DNA of 61,015 nucleotides, counting the filler, from Hausera hauseri (taxonomy: Eukaryota): assembly GCA_046269625.1 (NCBI GenBank). It is 11 parts of 11 records of this genome, joined end to end, with 100 filler letters (N's around TTAATTAATTAA, not from the genome) between each part and the next. Parts side by side here need not be neighbours in the genome. Positions count along the whole stretch, not along the records: positions 1 to 4,568 come from JBJURY010524570.1; positions 4,669 to 10,298 come from JBJURY010217744.1; 9 more parts are not named here. One strand, 5' to 3'. The notes below the pieces were generated by a model. It had not been told where the DNA came from. It did not search any database and saw only the letters and a list, made by a program, of their open reading frames with translations. Numbering within the stretch: the first letter of the stretch is position 1; the number at the start of each line of letters is the position of its first letter. Below, in pieces: positions 1-10,398 of the stretch. A program made the position numbers and the translations under genes.

Positions 1-119
1 TCATCAATCACTATTTGGATAAATAAAGATTTGTAAATGTTATGTAAAGAAATTTTTATTACTTATGCCTTGCTTTGTTCAAAACAGCTTTGTTCTCAAC
101 CAAAATTTAAACAATTAAT

Positions 120-355
120 GGGTGGGAAAACCCAGTTGGAGCCAGATTGCTTTGTTCCGGGGTGGAATAGTGAAACCCAATCGGCGCCAACTTCGTTTCT
201 CATTGGTCACTTTTCCTTACACATTTTCCTTCCCCCGATGACGTATCCTCTTCCCATTCGCCAGTTTCCCTTCCCCCGATGACGTGTCCTCTTCCCATTG
301 GTTTCTTTCCTTCCCCGAGGGGGGGATTGGCGCCAACTCCTCCCTTCTAACTACT
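120..355 (-). repeat. Dispersed LTR-like repeat (inverted copy of 37727-37950) truncating the neighbouring gypsy integrase
   Basis: Reverse complement aligns by eye with 37727-37950, sharing GGGGTGG(G)AATAGTGAAACCC, GGCGCCA, CATTGG, GATGACGTGT and the terminal CTCCCTTCYAACTACT. Internal ~40-nt duplication at ~225-300. Confidence 0.75.
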
Positions 356-2303
356 TAGGAGTACTGTCAAGGTTATTCAGCTCGAATAATAATCTGATGG
401 AAGTGCCAAATAATGCTTCTGCAGGTAAACAGCCTGTAGAAGTTCATGGTGTGTTCCGCCAGCCAAGCAGAACGTATGGAAAGAGTTTAGTCCAACTGCG
501 ATTGGACTCAGCAAGGATTTTTAGGCACGTTTTCATTGTTCGGTTAAAGCGTTTGAGAAGGCCATTCGATTGGGGATGATATGGTAACGTGTGAATGTGG
601 TTAATTCCCAATCAATTGACAAGAGCTTTAAACAAGTTGGATTCGAACTGTGGACATTGACCCGAAATGATGTGGCGAGGTGATCCAAACCTACTGATCC
701 AAGTGCGGATGAAAACGTCTGCGATGGTTTCTGAGTTGGTGCTCCAAAGCGGGGCGGCCTCTGGCTATCGCGAGGAACGGTCCATCATTGTGAGGTTGAA
801 CTGATGGTCGTTGTCTAAGGGTAGTGGGCTTACAAGGTCAATGTGAACAGATTCGAAACGAGACGTGCAGGAAAAATAAAATAGTGGTGGCTTTAAGTGC
901 TTAGTAACTTTGTATTTTTGGCATGCCACACACTGCCTAACCCATGCCTGCACGCCAGAACGCATCGACGGCCATACTACTTGGCGTTGTAAGAGTCGAA
1001 AAGTGGCTTTGACACCGGGATGACGCAACGAATGAATGCTGTTAAATGCTTCTTTTTGAAGCGACTCAGAAAGGATGATTTTAGGATTATTAGGTTTAGA
1101 AGTGACGATGGCCACACCGTCGATGGTTTTGCACAATTTAAAAAACTTAAGAATGTCAGGAGGTGGCTGGTTTTGTTGAAGTTTGGATTGAGGAAAAATT
1201 GGTGTGAAATCAATCGAGCTGACCGATGGGGACAAAATATCAGCTCCTAAATTGTCGACTCCGTTTAAGTTCTTAATTACAAAATTGAATGTGGATAAAT
1301 ACGATATTTGCCTCTCCTGACGTGGAAAAGGCGATTTCATTGTAAATATTTGAAGCAAGGGTTTGTGGTCCGTTTGTATTGTAAACGTTCGTGCGGTTAG
1401 CAGATGTTTAAAGTGTTTTACGGCAAGGACCACTGCAAGCAACTCTCAATCAGAGGTGGAATATCTTTGCTCTTGTGCTGTGAATTTTCGAGAAAAGAAT
1501 TCCAATGGCTCATGGGATCCATTTATAACTTGATGGAGGACAGCACCTGTAGCTGTTGTGGATGCGTCCGTGGTTAAGAAGAGTTCTGCATGGGAGTCTG
1601 AATAGGCCAGGATTTCTACGGTTTTTAAGTTATCTTTGAGGTGATGGAAAGCGTTGACTAGCTTGGCGGTCCATTGAATGGGCTGTTTCTTCTAGCTAGA
1701 GCTTAATGATGCAAATGGAGCGGTTAGAGTGGAACAATGTGGAACGTACTTATGAATATAGTGCAAGGTTCCGAGGAAAAAACGCATCTCTGTTGATGTA
1801 CGTGGTAGTTGTATGTTTTTGAGCTGTGCGATGCGGTCCGACTGAGGTGAATGTCCGGAGGAGCTAATAACATGTCCTAGGAAGTTAACCTTATGTTGAA
1901 AAAAGGAGCATTTAGAAAAACTGATTTGCAAGTTGTTTTGGTGCAAGCGTTGGAAGATCAAACGTAAGTGTTCAGAGTGTTGTTTTGAGGAGGACGATGC
2001 AATTAAGATATCATCAATATAGGGATAGGCGAAGTCTAAACCTGATAGGACTGTATCTATATGCCTTTGGAAGGTCTGCGAAGTGTTACGGAGTCCAAAA
2101 GGCATGAAAATATATTTTAAAAGGCCGAAAGGTGTAACGACAGCCGTTTTTGGAATATCTGCTGGGGCCACCGGGATTTGATGGCATGCATTGTGTAAAT
2201 CAACGCAAGAAAAGATGGTCGAACCATGGAGCCTGTGAAGGATGTCGCTAATTAATAATAGAGGGTAGGCATCCATTGTATTTATGACATTGAGTTGGCG
2301 GTT
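356..2303 (-). mobile_element. Ty3/gypsy pol remnant (RT-RNase H-integrase), pseudogenised
   Basis: RT motifs DAYPL, KTAVVTPFG, MPFGLRN and YIDDILI in 1692-2384; RNase H TDAS and TDHKPL; integrase H-H-C-C (HSLRHPG...CVAC) and HIDLV...MMDR in 765-1442; stops and frameshifts. Same family as the elements on contigs 5, 8 and 9. Confidence 0.95.
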
Positions 2304-2359
2304 CACAAAAGTTCTCAAGAATATGATTTTGTTAGAATTAGTTCCGAGGATTTTAGAAC

Positions 2360-3010
2360 AAGTGGTGCATTTGCAGTTTGACACAGCAGTTTTCTTACGT
2401 CATTTTGAAATCATTGCAAAAAAGTAAACTGACGTAAAAATTTATTGCGTAATAGATATCTTTAATGGATGAGGTAAATTTGCTTACTTCTGCCAATGTT
2501 TAACTGACTTTTTCTTTATCTATTCGGAATGGTCCGGTAATGATACTCCTCGCAATTATCGTTACAGCAAGATGTAAAGTGATCATTAAAAATGCTGAGC
2601 TAATTGCTAAATACCCGATCATTTTCATCGATCCAACATTTGGATTATTTTGTTGCTTGATGATGAACTCAATCGTTTTCGAATTTATTGCCGTCGAACG
2701 ACTGGATGTACAACGATGCTTCAGACGTCACCGATGTCGTAAGTTTACAGCTTTGACTGCTGAAATGGGCATTCGATGATGAATCCACGTTAATGTGATA
2801 AAACCATAACAAAGGACTACAAATCAGTGCTCCCATTAACATTATTGAAACACAATATTTTTATAAAGGTGACATGCAAACTTGGTGCTGGGTATCGTTT
2901 ATTTTGGATCAAAGCGAGAAGCCGATCAATAGACATTGTGAACATAATGTACCAACTGGACAAATATATAACCCTCGAAACGAATTCCAGTGATTCACAC
3001 ATAAACGTCT
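2360..3010 (-). pseudogene. Degenerate rhodopsin-class (class A) peptide GPCR fragment
   Basis: TM3-like LSSWYIMFTMSIDRLLAL; in other frames TM4-like KYCVSIMLMGALICSPLLWFY, TM6-like MIGYLAISSAFLMITLHLAVTII and TM7-like IYYAINFYVSLLFCNDFK; several stops and frameshifts, and TM5 is not found. Confidence 0.6.
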
Positions 3011-3119
3011 AGGTTCGATCTAGCTTCATACTTACTCGTCCTTTGCTTATAAAATCCAAACGAAAAACTATAAAATCGGCCATAAGACATCTGTACATTT
3101 GCTAATCTCCATTAAAAGG

Positions 3120-4568
3120 AGGAAAATGGCGGTTCGGTCCCATCCAGGGGGGATCGATAAATCAATTTTGCACATGTGCCAATCGATAGTGCACCCGGAT
3201 CACTATCGATCAGTAGAGTGCTAGGCAACGGTGCCACTACGCACCGTTGCTAGGGGCACTTTTGCACTTTTGACAAATCGATCGTGGCACAGTTCAGTAT
3301 TAATCGAATCGATCGGCACAAAGTGCTAATCGATAGTGCACATCAGTGCGCATCGATTGGTGCACATAATAGGTGTGCGGCACATATGCAAGTGTGCAAA
3401 AATCAATAATATCGAATTTCCGATAAATGCAATATTGATGAATAGCACTCGGCACCGGGTGAAATCGGTAGCACGCATGACGGGCTATGTGAATGTGCAG
3501 TTAGAATTTAAATCGGTTGATTGGTTTTTGAATAATTCGCAAGTGGGACCGAACCGCCACAGGCCTTTCTGCTATAAATTTGAAATCAATAATATCAATA
3601 TAGCACATGTACTGGCAGGTGCAGTACTTGATATACTATCGTTCAGTGCAGTACTTGATATTGGTGTGATTTTGGATACGGTTGCCAGAGCACTTTTTCA
3701 CTTTTTCACTTTGCACATTTTTGCAGTTGTGCAGCGTAGGAGTGATGGAATTAATCAGGGTCAAGTGCTAATGGATAGAGCACATCAAGATTCACTTTGA
3801 TATGTGGTGTGCAGTGCAAAAACATGTGTGCAAGTGTGCAAAAATTAATAATATCGAATTTCCGATATTTCCAATATAGATGATTGGGACATGTATCCGG
3901 GTGCATTCGAATGGAAACAAGGTGCAGTATGTGACTGTGCAGTTAGAATTTAAATTTATCGATTAGTTATCGATTAATATCGATCGAAAGTGCAAATTGG
4001 CTATATTTTCGACATGATTTTTAAGCCGTAGAAAGCAAAATTCGATCCAACATTGAGCGAGGATAGATAGGAAATCTACTATGGCGAACTTGAATCTCGA
4101 GACAAAAGTTCGAAATTCGAAGATTTTCGAGCTCCAATATCGAAGTCCGAACGTTTCGGAAAACCTAACAGCGGAAATGGATTCCTCGTATTCGAGAACC
4201 CCTACGCATGTAAAAATTAATCTATGAAAATGTACTATATATGCATAAAATCAATATTTCGAAATAAGCAAAATATGTATTTGAAGCCCAATGAAGTGGA
4301 AATCGATAAATCTAATAGTGGGGCTAAATAGTAAGTCATGCATGCCTAATGGGAATATGGCATCACGTATTCAAAATCGAGTTTACAAGTCGAATACTTG
4401 ACTATTCGAACTCGAAAACTCTGTCAAGCATGCATTATGCGAAAAATTTAATGGAGGAATTCGATTTCCCAGGATCAAAAACCTATATGGCAATCAAGAA
4501 AAGCGCAACGCAGTGCATATTGGTGTATAAAAACAAGGTTTTTTAAATATGGTAAAAGTGCTTAATAA
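3120..4568. repeat. Palindrome-rich non-coding repeat, probably a non-autonomous DNA/rolling-circle element
   Basis: Dense GTGCA and ATCGAT motifs; a ~160-nt block duplicated at ~3370-3530 and ~3806-3970; two perfect 10-bp hairpins at 3182-3210 and 3225-3250. Confidence 0.5.
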
Positions 4569-4668
4569 NNNNNNNNNNNNNNNNNNNNNNNNNNNNNNNN
4601 NNNNNNNNNNNNTTAATTAATTAANNNNNNNNNNNNNNNNNNNNNNNNNNNNNNNNNNNNNNNNNNNN
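4569..4668. other. Artificial contig spacer (44N-TTAATTAATTAA-44N); the same spacer occurs at 10299-10398, 16342-16441, 21663-21762, 27774-27873, 32002-32101, 38093-38192, 43425-43524, 51431-51530 and 56299-56398
   Basis: Ten identical 100-nt blocks; the central 12-mer places stop codons in all six frames. Confidence 0.99.
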
Positions 4669-4722
4669 ATTTGAATTTTATTGGGAATTCCTTCATCCAT
4701 TTTCCATAAAATACATGCCGAT

Positions 4723-5835
4723 TTACTTTGGGTGGCTGATTCTGTGATTTGGGCGGATGTTTTCCCCAGCCCATAATGGTACGCTCTCGCATAGTAGGTG
4801 AAATCCGTAATTTGGTGTTGTTGTCTGGTTTACAAGCCTCCGAGTAAATATTATACTCTGGACGAAAGTTGAAATAGGTATGTTTGGTTTCACTGAGAAA
4901 AGAAGGGATAAACAGTGGGAATGCACTCTAATTGGTTGTCTTGTTTCCAGCGTTCGATATGCGTCAAAACGGATTTTATACCAAATGTATGGGTATAATG
5001 TACAACATGACCGAGTATCATTTCTCTTAAGATAACAGTAATATGGTTGTGCTATAACTGCGGAAACAGGATCGAGCCATATATTGATTCCGTAGTTGCC
5101 AGGTAGCAATTTTGTGGTACGGAAATTTATACATGGGATTTTCGGTTTGAGGTTCATACCAGAAATTTCAATATCATTTTCCAAAAATTGAGCAATGAAA
5201 ACATCACACTCTACTCTATCCGGGGTTTCTAACGTTGTCATATCTTGGTAAGTAGGAACATAAAGAGTCATGTTAGGTTCCCAAGTAGCACTATCCCTAT
5301 TGTAAGCCTTCAATACTACATAGTAGGTGTAAGTCATCCTGTAAGTAATTTGACATGTTTTATTATGCCTTTCAGGAATGGTGCAGCTAGCCTATGCATT
5401 ATGGCTTGATATAAAGATAAACTTCACCTCGTGTTGCACAAAGACCGATGGGTGGGTCTTCATGCAAATACTGGGTTTGGTTTTGTCGATGTGAGCAATA
5501 GTAGCGCGTGCGATCAATTCTGTACTAGCCATTAGTATTTTGCCATGATTGGGTTCCATTGTTGAAGTTTTTACGAAAATTGTCAGTAAAATGAACATAA
5601 CAATACGTAAGTGTCTACCCAAGGTGATGTGAACTTGGTAATGTTCATGTTCTGATTTATTCAAAATGCGAGTTTTAAGTAGAGCGGCTACTTTATGTTC
5701 TTCCGAGTTAGTTAAATCGAGATGCATTTTCCGAATAAATTCGTTGTATGATGTAGGGGCTCGAGTGACTCGTTGAACAGAGATCACTTCTTGTTTGTTT
5801 GGTCCTTTCTGGATAAAATGTGTCTGTGAGCGCAC
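4723..5835 (-). pseudogene. Integrase C-terminal extension: hydrophobic segment followed by a Cys- and N-glycan-sequon-containing domain of unknown family
   Basis: ORFs 5392-5835 and 4723-5337 share a frame, separated by one TAG; hydrophobic LRIVMFILLTIFVKTS; sequons NKT, NMT, NDT, NQT. Confidence 0.5.
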
Positions 5836-8800
5836 ATCAACAACTTTGTACGGTCCTTGACCAGTACGTCTTAATTTTAACGATTTTCCTTTCTTTGCAG
5901 CGGGGTAATAAACCGTTATGTAATCTCCAATTTTATAAGTATGTTATCGTACCTTCCTATTAAACTGTTTCTTGTATCCTGCTCTGTATTATACTTCAAA
6001 TTCTTTTGATTCCCTTTGAAAGTATTCAAGTCCTTTGAGTAGATTCTGATATTGCTCATCCATATGATCACTTGTCTGTAAGGATGATGGTAATAATTCC
6101 GTCTTTAGCGGTAATAAAGGCAATCGTCCAAATATTAATTCAAAAGATGAATAATTGGTGCCTTTAGTAGGGGTAGTATTAATCGCAAAGGCTGTAGTTT
6201 TAAGATTATTTTGCCAATATTTTTGGTCATGTGCTACTTTTGTGGAAAGAATGCCTTGGATTGTACAATTCATCCTTTCAACGATACAGGTACATTGAGG
6301 GTGGTAGGATGCAGTTAACAGATGTTTTTATGGGAATATTTTCGACAGTTTTTCGAAAAATTCGTTGATGAAGTATGGTATGCGATCAGTTAACAACTGT
6401 TTCGGCGTGTCTAGTACGGCTATAACCTCATAGAAAAAGGCTTCCGCCACAGTATCACTAGCCATGTTTTTAAGGGTACTAGTACAACATATCGAGAGAA
6501 ATAGTCAACAAGTGACAATATATATTTATATCCTGAATCGGAAATTGGGAAGGGTCCAGATATATCCATTGAACACACTTCCATTGGCTTCCGAGCTTCA
6601 GGTAGACTACCCAGAAAAGGTTTTACACGAAACCCTCTATCTTTTCTTGTAGCGCACATTTTACACGAAGGTACCCATCCTTCAATATGTTTATTCATTT
6701 GAGGCCAATAATACTTTATGATTATACGCTTCAGAGTCTTATTCAGAGATGGATGTCCAGCTAAATGTAAATCATGTTCTTGTAGCATAGCAGCCTTAAT
6801 TTCCGGTGTGGGTACAATGATCTTAAATGCCCTTTTCTTAAAATTCCATTTTCAATTTTTAGATTCTCTTTGTTTTTTGCATAAAATTGTTGAATATAAC
6901 TTGATACTGGTTCAACTAAATGTCCATTGATTAATTGTTTGACTTGGACAATGAATGGATCCTGATTTTGTAAAGTCTCAATATTCCGGACCTGAGTTTG
7001 TCGTTGGTCGTGTAACATATCGTTAATGATTTTATCATTCAATTGTTTATCATTTTCGTTATCTATTGGCTTATGGACTGCGGCTACTATTTTTTGTATG
7101 GTATTCTCGAATGTGCGTCCGCATCCATATTTTCTTTTCTTGGTCGATATCGATACTCAAGGTTATAGTTCAGAAGTTCTAACTTCCATCTTTGGAGTCG
7201 GCTTGATACATGTCTATTGTCGGAGCGCAGGGATAACAGTGCCTTATGGTCAGTAAATATTATGATTTTATGACCGTAAACATAATATTCGTAATGTCGC
7301 AATCCAACCCGAATTGCTAGTAGCTCTAATTCAATAGTTGAGTATTTTCGCTCTTCATTATTTAAATTTCGTCCTCCACAAGCAGTTACATGCTGAGTTG
7401 TTTCGCCGGGTTTTTCTGAGCTAATATATAACTAATAGCTTTTATGCTAGCTTTAGTTTTTAGACTGAATGGAGGTGAAAAATCCGGATATCTCAGTATC
7501 GGTGCTGATACCATTCGTCTTTTGATTTCGTCAAATGCATTCTGGTTCTCTGCTGTCCATTCCCGTTTTTGGTCTTTTCTTAATAGCTTATATTTGGGCT
7601 GGTTAATTTCTGCAAAGTCTGCTATAAAGGTAGCGTAAAATCCTCTTAATCATAACCAAGCTTTCATTTCGTGTATGTTAGTTGGAGAGGATATTCCAAT
7701 ATTTTAGATATTAAATCAAGACTGGTTGATATACCTTGGTGGGAAACAACAAATCCAAGGTATCTAACTTCCTTCTTGCACCATTCACATTTTCGCGGGT
7801 TTAACTTTAACTTTTCAAACCTGTTTCGATCAAATACTTCTTTTAATTCTACTAAATGTGCCGACCATGTCTTGAATGCGATTAAAATGTCGTCAATGTA
7901 TGAGAATCCTCGTACTCCTTTTAATACTAAACGAATTACTTCTTGAAAAAAGGTGGGTGCTTTTTTCAAACCAAACGGCATATGTCTAAATTGATAAACC
8001 CCTGTATGTTTCTTAAACGCGATTTTCCACCGATTTTCTTCGGATACGGGTATTTGTCAAAAACCACTCTGTAAATCTAATGTGGTAAAATATTTATAAT
8101 CTTTTAGTTCGTCTATAATGTCGCTTATTCGGAGGCATTGGATAAGCATGATTTATCAGATGCTTATTTAATGTAACATAGTTTACACACAAACGGTGCT
8201 GTCGTATTAACTTTCTTGGTCATAAGTATAGGAGAGGGCCATGGCGATTGACTAAGCTCTATAATACCCTTATCTAACATTGTTTGCATTTGCTCCTCAA
8301 CTTCCTTTTTGAGTGCTTTTGGAAAAGGGTACCACTTTGGTATGGGTTGCCGCAATAAATCCATTTCTTTTCCTGTCAACGGGTCAATCATAAATGATAG
8401 TTTGAATTTAACCAAATCGGTTCGCCCGATGTCTGTTTCGTCTTTGGCAAAAATGTCAAGATACTCAAAAACAAAATCGGAAAATTTTTCCAGATATTCG
8501 TCTGATAAGTTTTTCTTCGCTTTTACGAGAACAATATCAAGTACATCTTCAGAATTTTCGTTTTCTTTGGTTGAGATAGCTGCGATTTTATTATTGTATT
8601 CTTCATGACAAGTGGTTTCTAGGGCCCGTCCAATTTTCATTTTTGTGAATAACGTTACATATTTTTGGGTTGGATTTAAAATTTCTATGGGGATAGTTCC
8701 TCCGACTACGTTAACGCAATAATGTGGCAGTCTAAGCCCGTTTCGAAGGATTTTCGGTACAAACTCGATTATACAGTTATCTGAAAATATCGTTTTAGCA

Positions 8801-9577
8801 TGTGTGACCATCCTAGAGTTGGATGGTATTTTCTCAGCATGTCCTACCCAGATGTCCGCTTTACCGTAGATAAGAGGAATATTTTCGTTATTAGGGCAAA
8901 TTGATCCCGATTGTAGGTTTATGTGTACGCCTTCTAATTTTCGCAATACATTCATCCTTAGAATGCATTTTGGATCTAATGCGGTCATTACATAGAAAGT
9001 TTTTTTATTCTTTGTCCGCAAATCCATAATTCGCATTTCCAATATCCATAAGGTTTGCTGCATTGCTGGAAGGCTGAAGTGATACCAAGTGAGTCTTTGG
9101 TGGCTAATTTTATTTGAGATTGTAATTCTTCCGGAATTGCCTGTTTCGCTATTAACGCAACATTAGCTCCAGTATCTACCATAGCATTTAGGTCAAAAGT
9201 ACCGAAATGAACTGTCCTGTGAGGTCAATTATCTCTTAATAGTTTGAGAAAGGTTAGGACGTCGTTTTCATCATCTATATGAGGTTCCATCAAGGTGTAA
9301 CTGGCTGAACAGTATCTAGTCATTCCGTGAACTAATATGACCATTAGACTTTCCAGCGATTGTGTATCATTTTCTGACCCTTTGGGTTTATCTTTGAGTT
9401 CGGTCAAGTCTGTGTGGCAGCTTAAATGCTATGATATTTTTGTTGCTTATTACTGAGTTCATTTGCTGAAATTGCGTAATGTGATTTCCTGTCTGGTTGA
9501 GCTTCTATTAATCTGGTTACTGGGTGATAAGGTACCGGTGGTACCATGCCACATTTGCGTGATACTGGTAATATTAC

Positions 9578-10298
9578 TCAATTATTTTCAATATTTCGCA
9601 TAATAATGGATTGGAGTATTTCTTCTTGAGAGTACTTAGGCATACTACGTAATTTTATGTAATCTTTCTCTCCATAAGGATCAGTTAAGTCTGTTAGATT
9701 GGGTAATTTACAAATAGGCATTGTTTTACTCTCATACGGTGTGGCAGGTAATTTGTGCTTATCCTTTCTCTTTGGCTTCATAAACTTGAATTGTCTCCTC
9801 TTGTCCTTAAGGATTCCTGTTGTAGGATTGTATCTAGGGGCATTACTGTCATCCGAGCTTGATGAGGTATCCTTTGGAAATTGTTTCTCTGATTTGTAGT
9901 CAACATGTTTTTCTAATTTACCTCGCCATTGTTTCTCATGGTAGGCTTTAATGAATTTTCCTATTGGAAAAAATAAAGCACTTATTATGCTTGGCGATAT
10001 TCCCGTTAGATTGTAGATCTCACAAGCATTCAGTACGGAGTTGATACAAACTTTTAAAGTCTGTATAATGAAATAGATTACCAGAAACCATGAGGCTACT
10101 TGGCCGAATCTTAGGAATCCTCCCCACATTTTGTACCACAAATTTGAGACAATTTTGGTGTAGGCATCCGGTGTCCATAATCGATCCTATTTGCTTCTCC
10201 TGCTGTGTCGTCGATTACTCGGTATATCCCTCGATTTACAATTTGCTCTCTCTGTCTCGGATATGCCAAAAACTTTACAAATTAATCAATTTCTTCCT
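9578..10298 (-). pseudogene. C-terminal part of a chuvirus-like (Jingchuvirales G-type) envelope glycoprotein
   Basis: EEID*FVKFLAYPRQREQIVN (10296-10235), a frameshift, then KMWGGFLRFGQVASWFLVIYFIIQTLKVCINSVLNACEIYNLTGISPSIISALFF. This follows my recalled pattern for chuvirus-like G (..imFP.Ek.ailn.. k.W.gF..FG...a..l.i.ii..liK.ii.....g..l...yG.s..l..a.w). A basic/Pro-rich tail follows. Confidence 0.65.
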
Positions 10299-10398
10299 NN
10301 NNNNNNNNNNNNNNNNNNNNNNNNNNNNNNNNNNNNNNNNNNTTAATTAATTAANNNNNNNNNNNNNNNNNNNNNNNNNNNNNNNNNNNNNNNNNNNN

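Larger units (their letters stand above)
4669..10298 (-). mobile_element. Ty3/gypsy-type element with order glycoprotein-like ORF, PR, RT, RNase H, IN, C-terminal extension (decayed, both ends missing)
   Basis: Protease AMVDTGA (~9182); RT SQSPWPSPI, MPFGLKKAP, FSYIDDILI (8250-7664); RNase H YSTIELELLAI and FTDHKAL (7350-7087); IN HDLHLAGH...CKMC, SMDISGPF, VDYFSRY, FELIFGR (6788-5989); GPY motif at ~5855. Confidence 0.92.

Noticed and set aside
3336-3800. 154-aa ORF as a gene
   Set aside because: It lies within a GTGCA-rich duplicated repeat and has no recognisable motif.
8600-8860. Functional dUTPase between protease and RT
   Set aside because: The beta-rich spacer resembles the degenerate dUTPase-like region seen in some gypsy pol genes, but the catalytic dUTPase motifs are absent.
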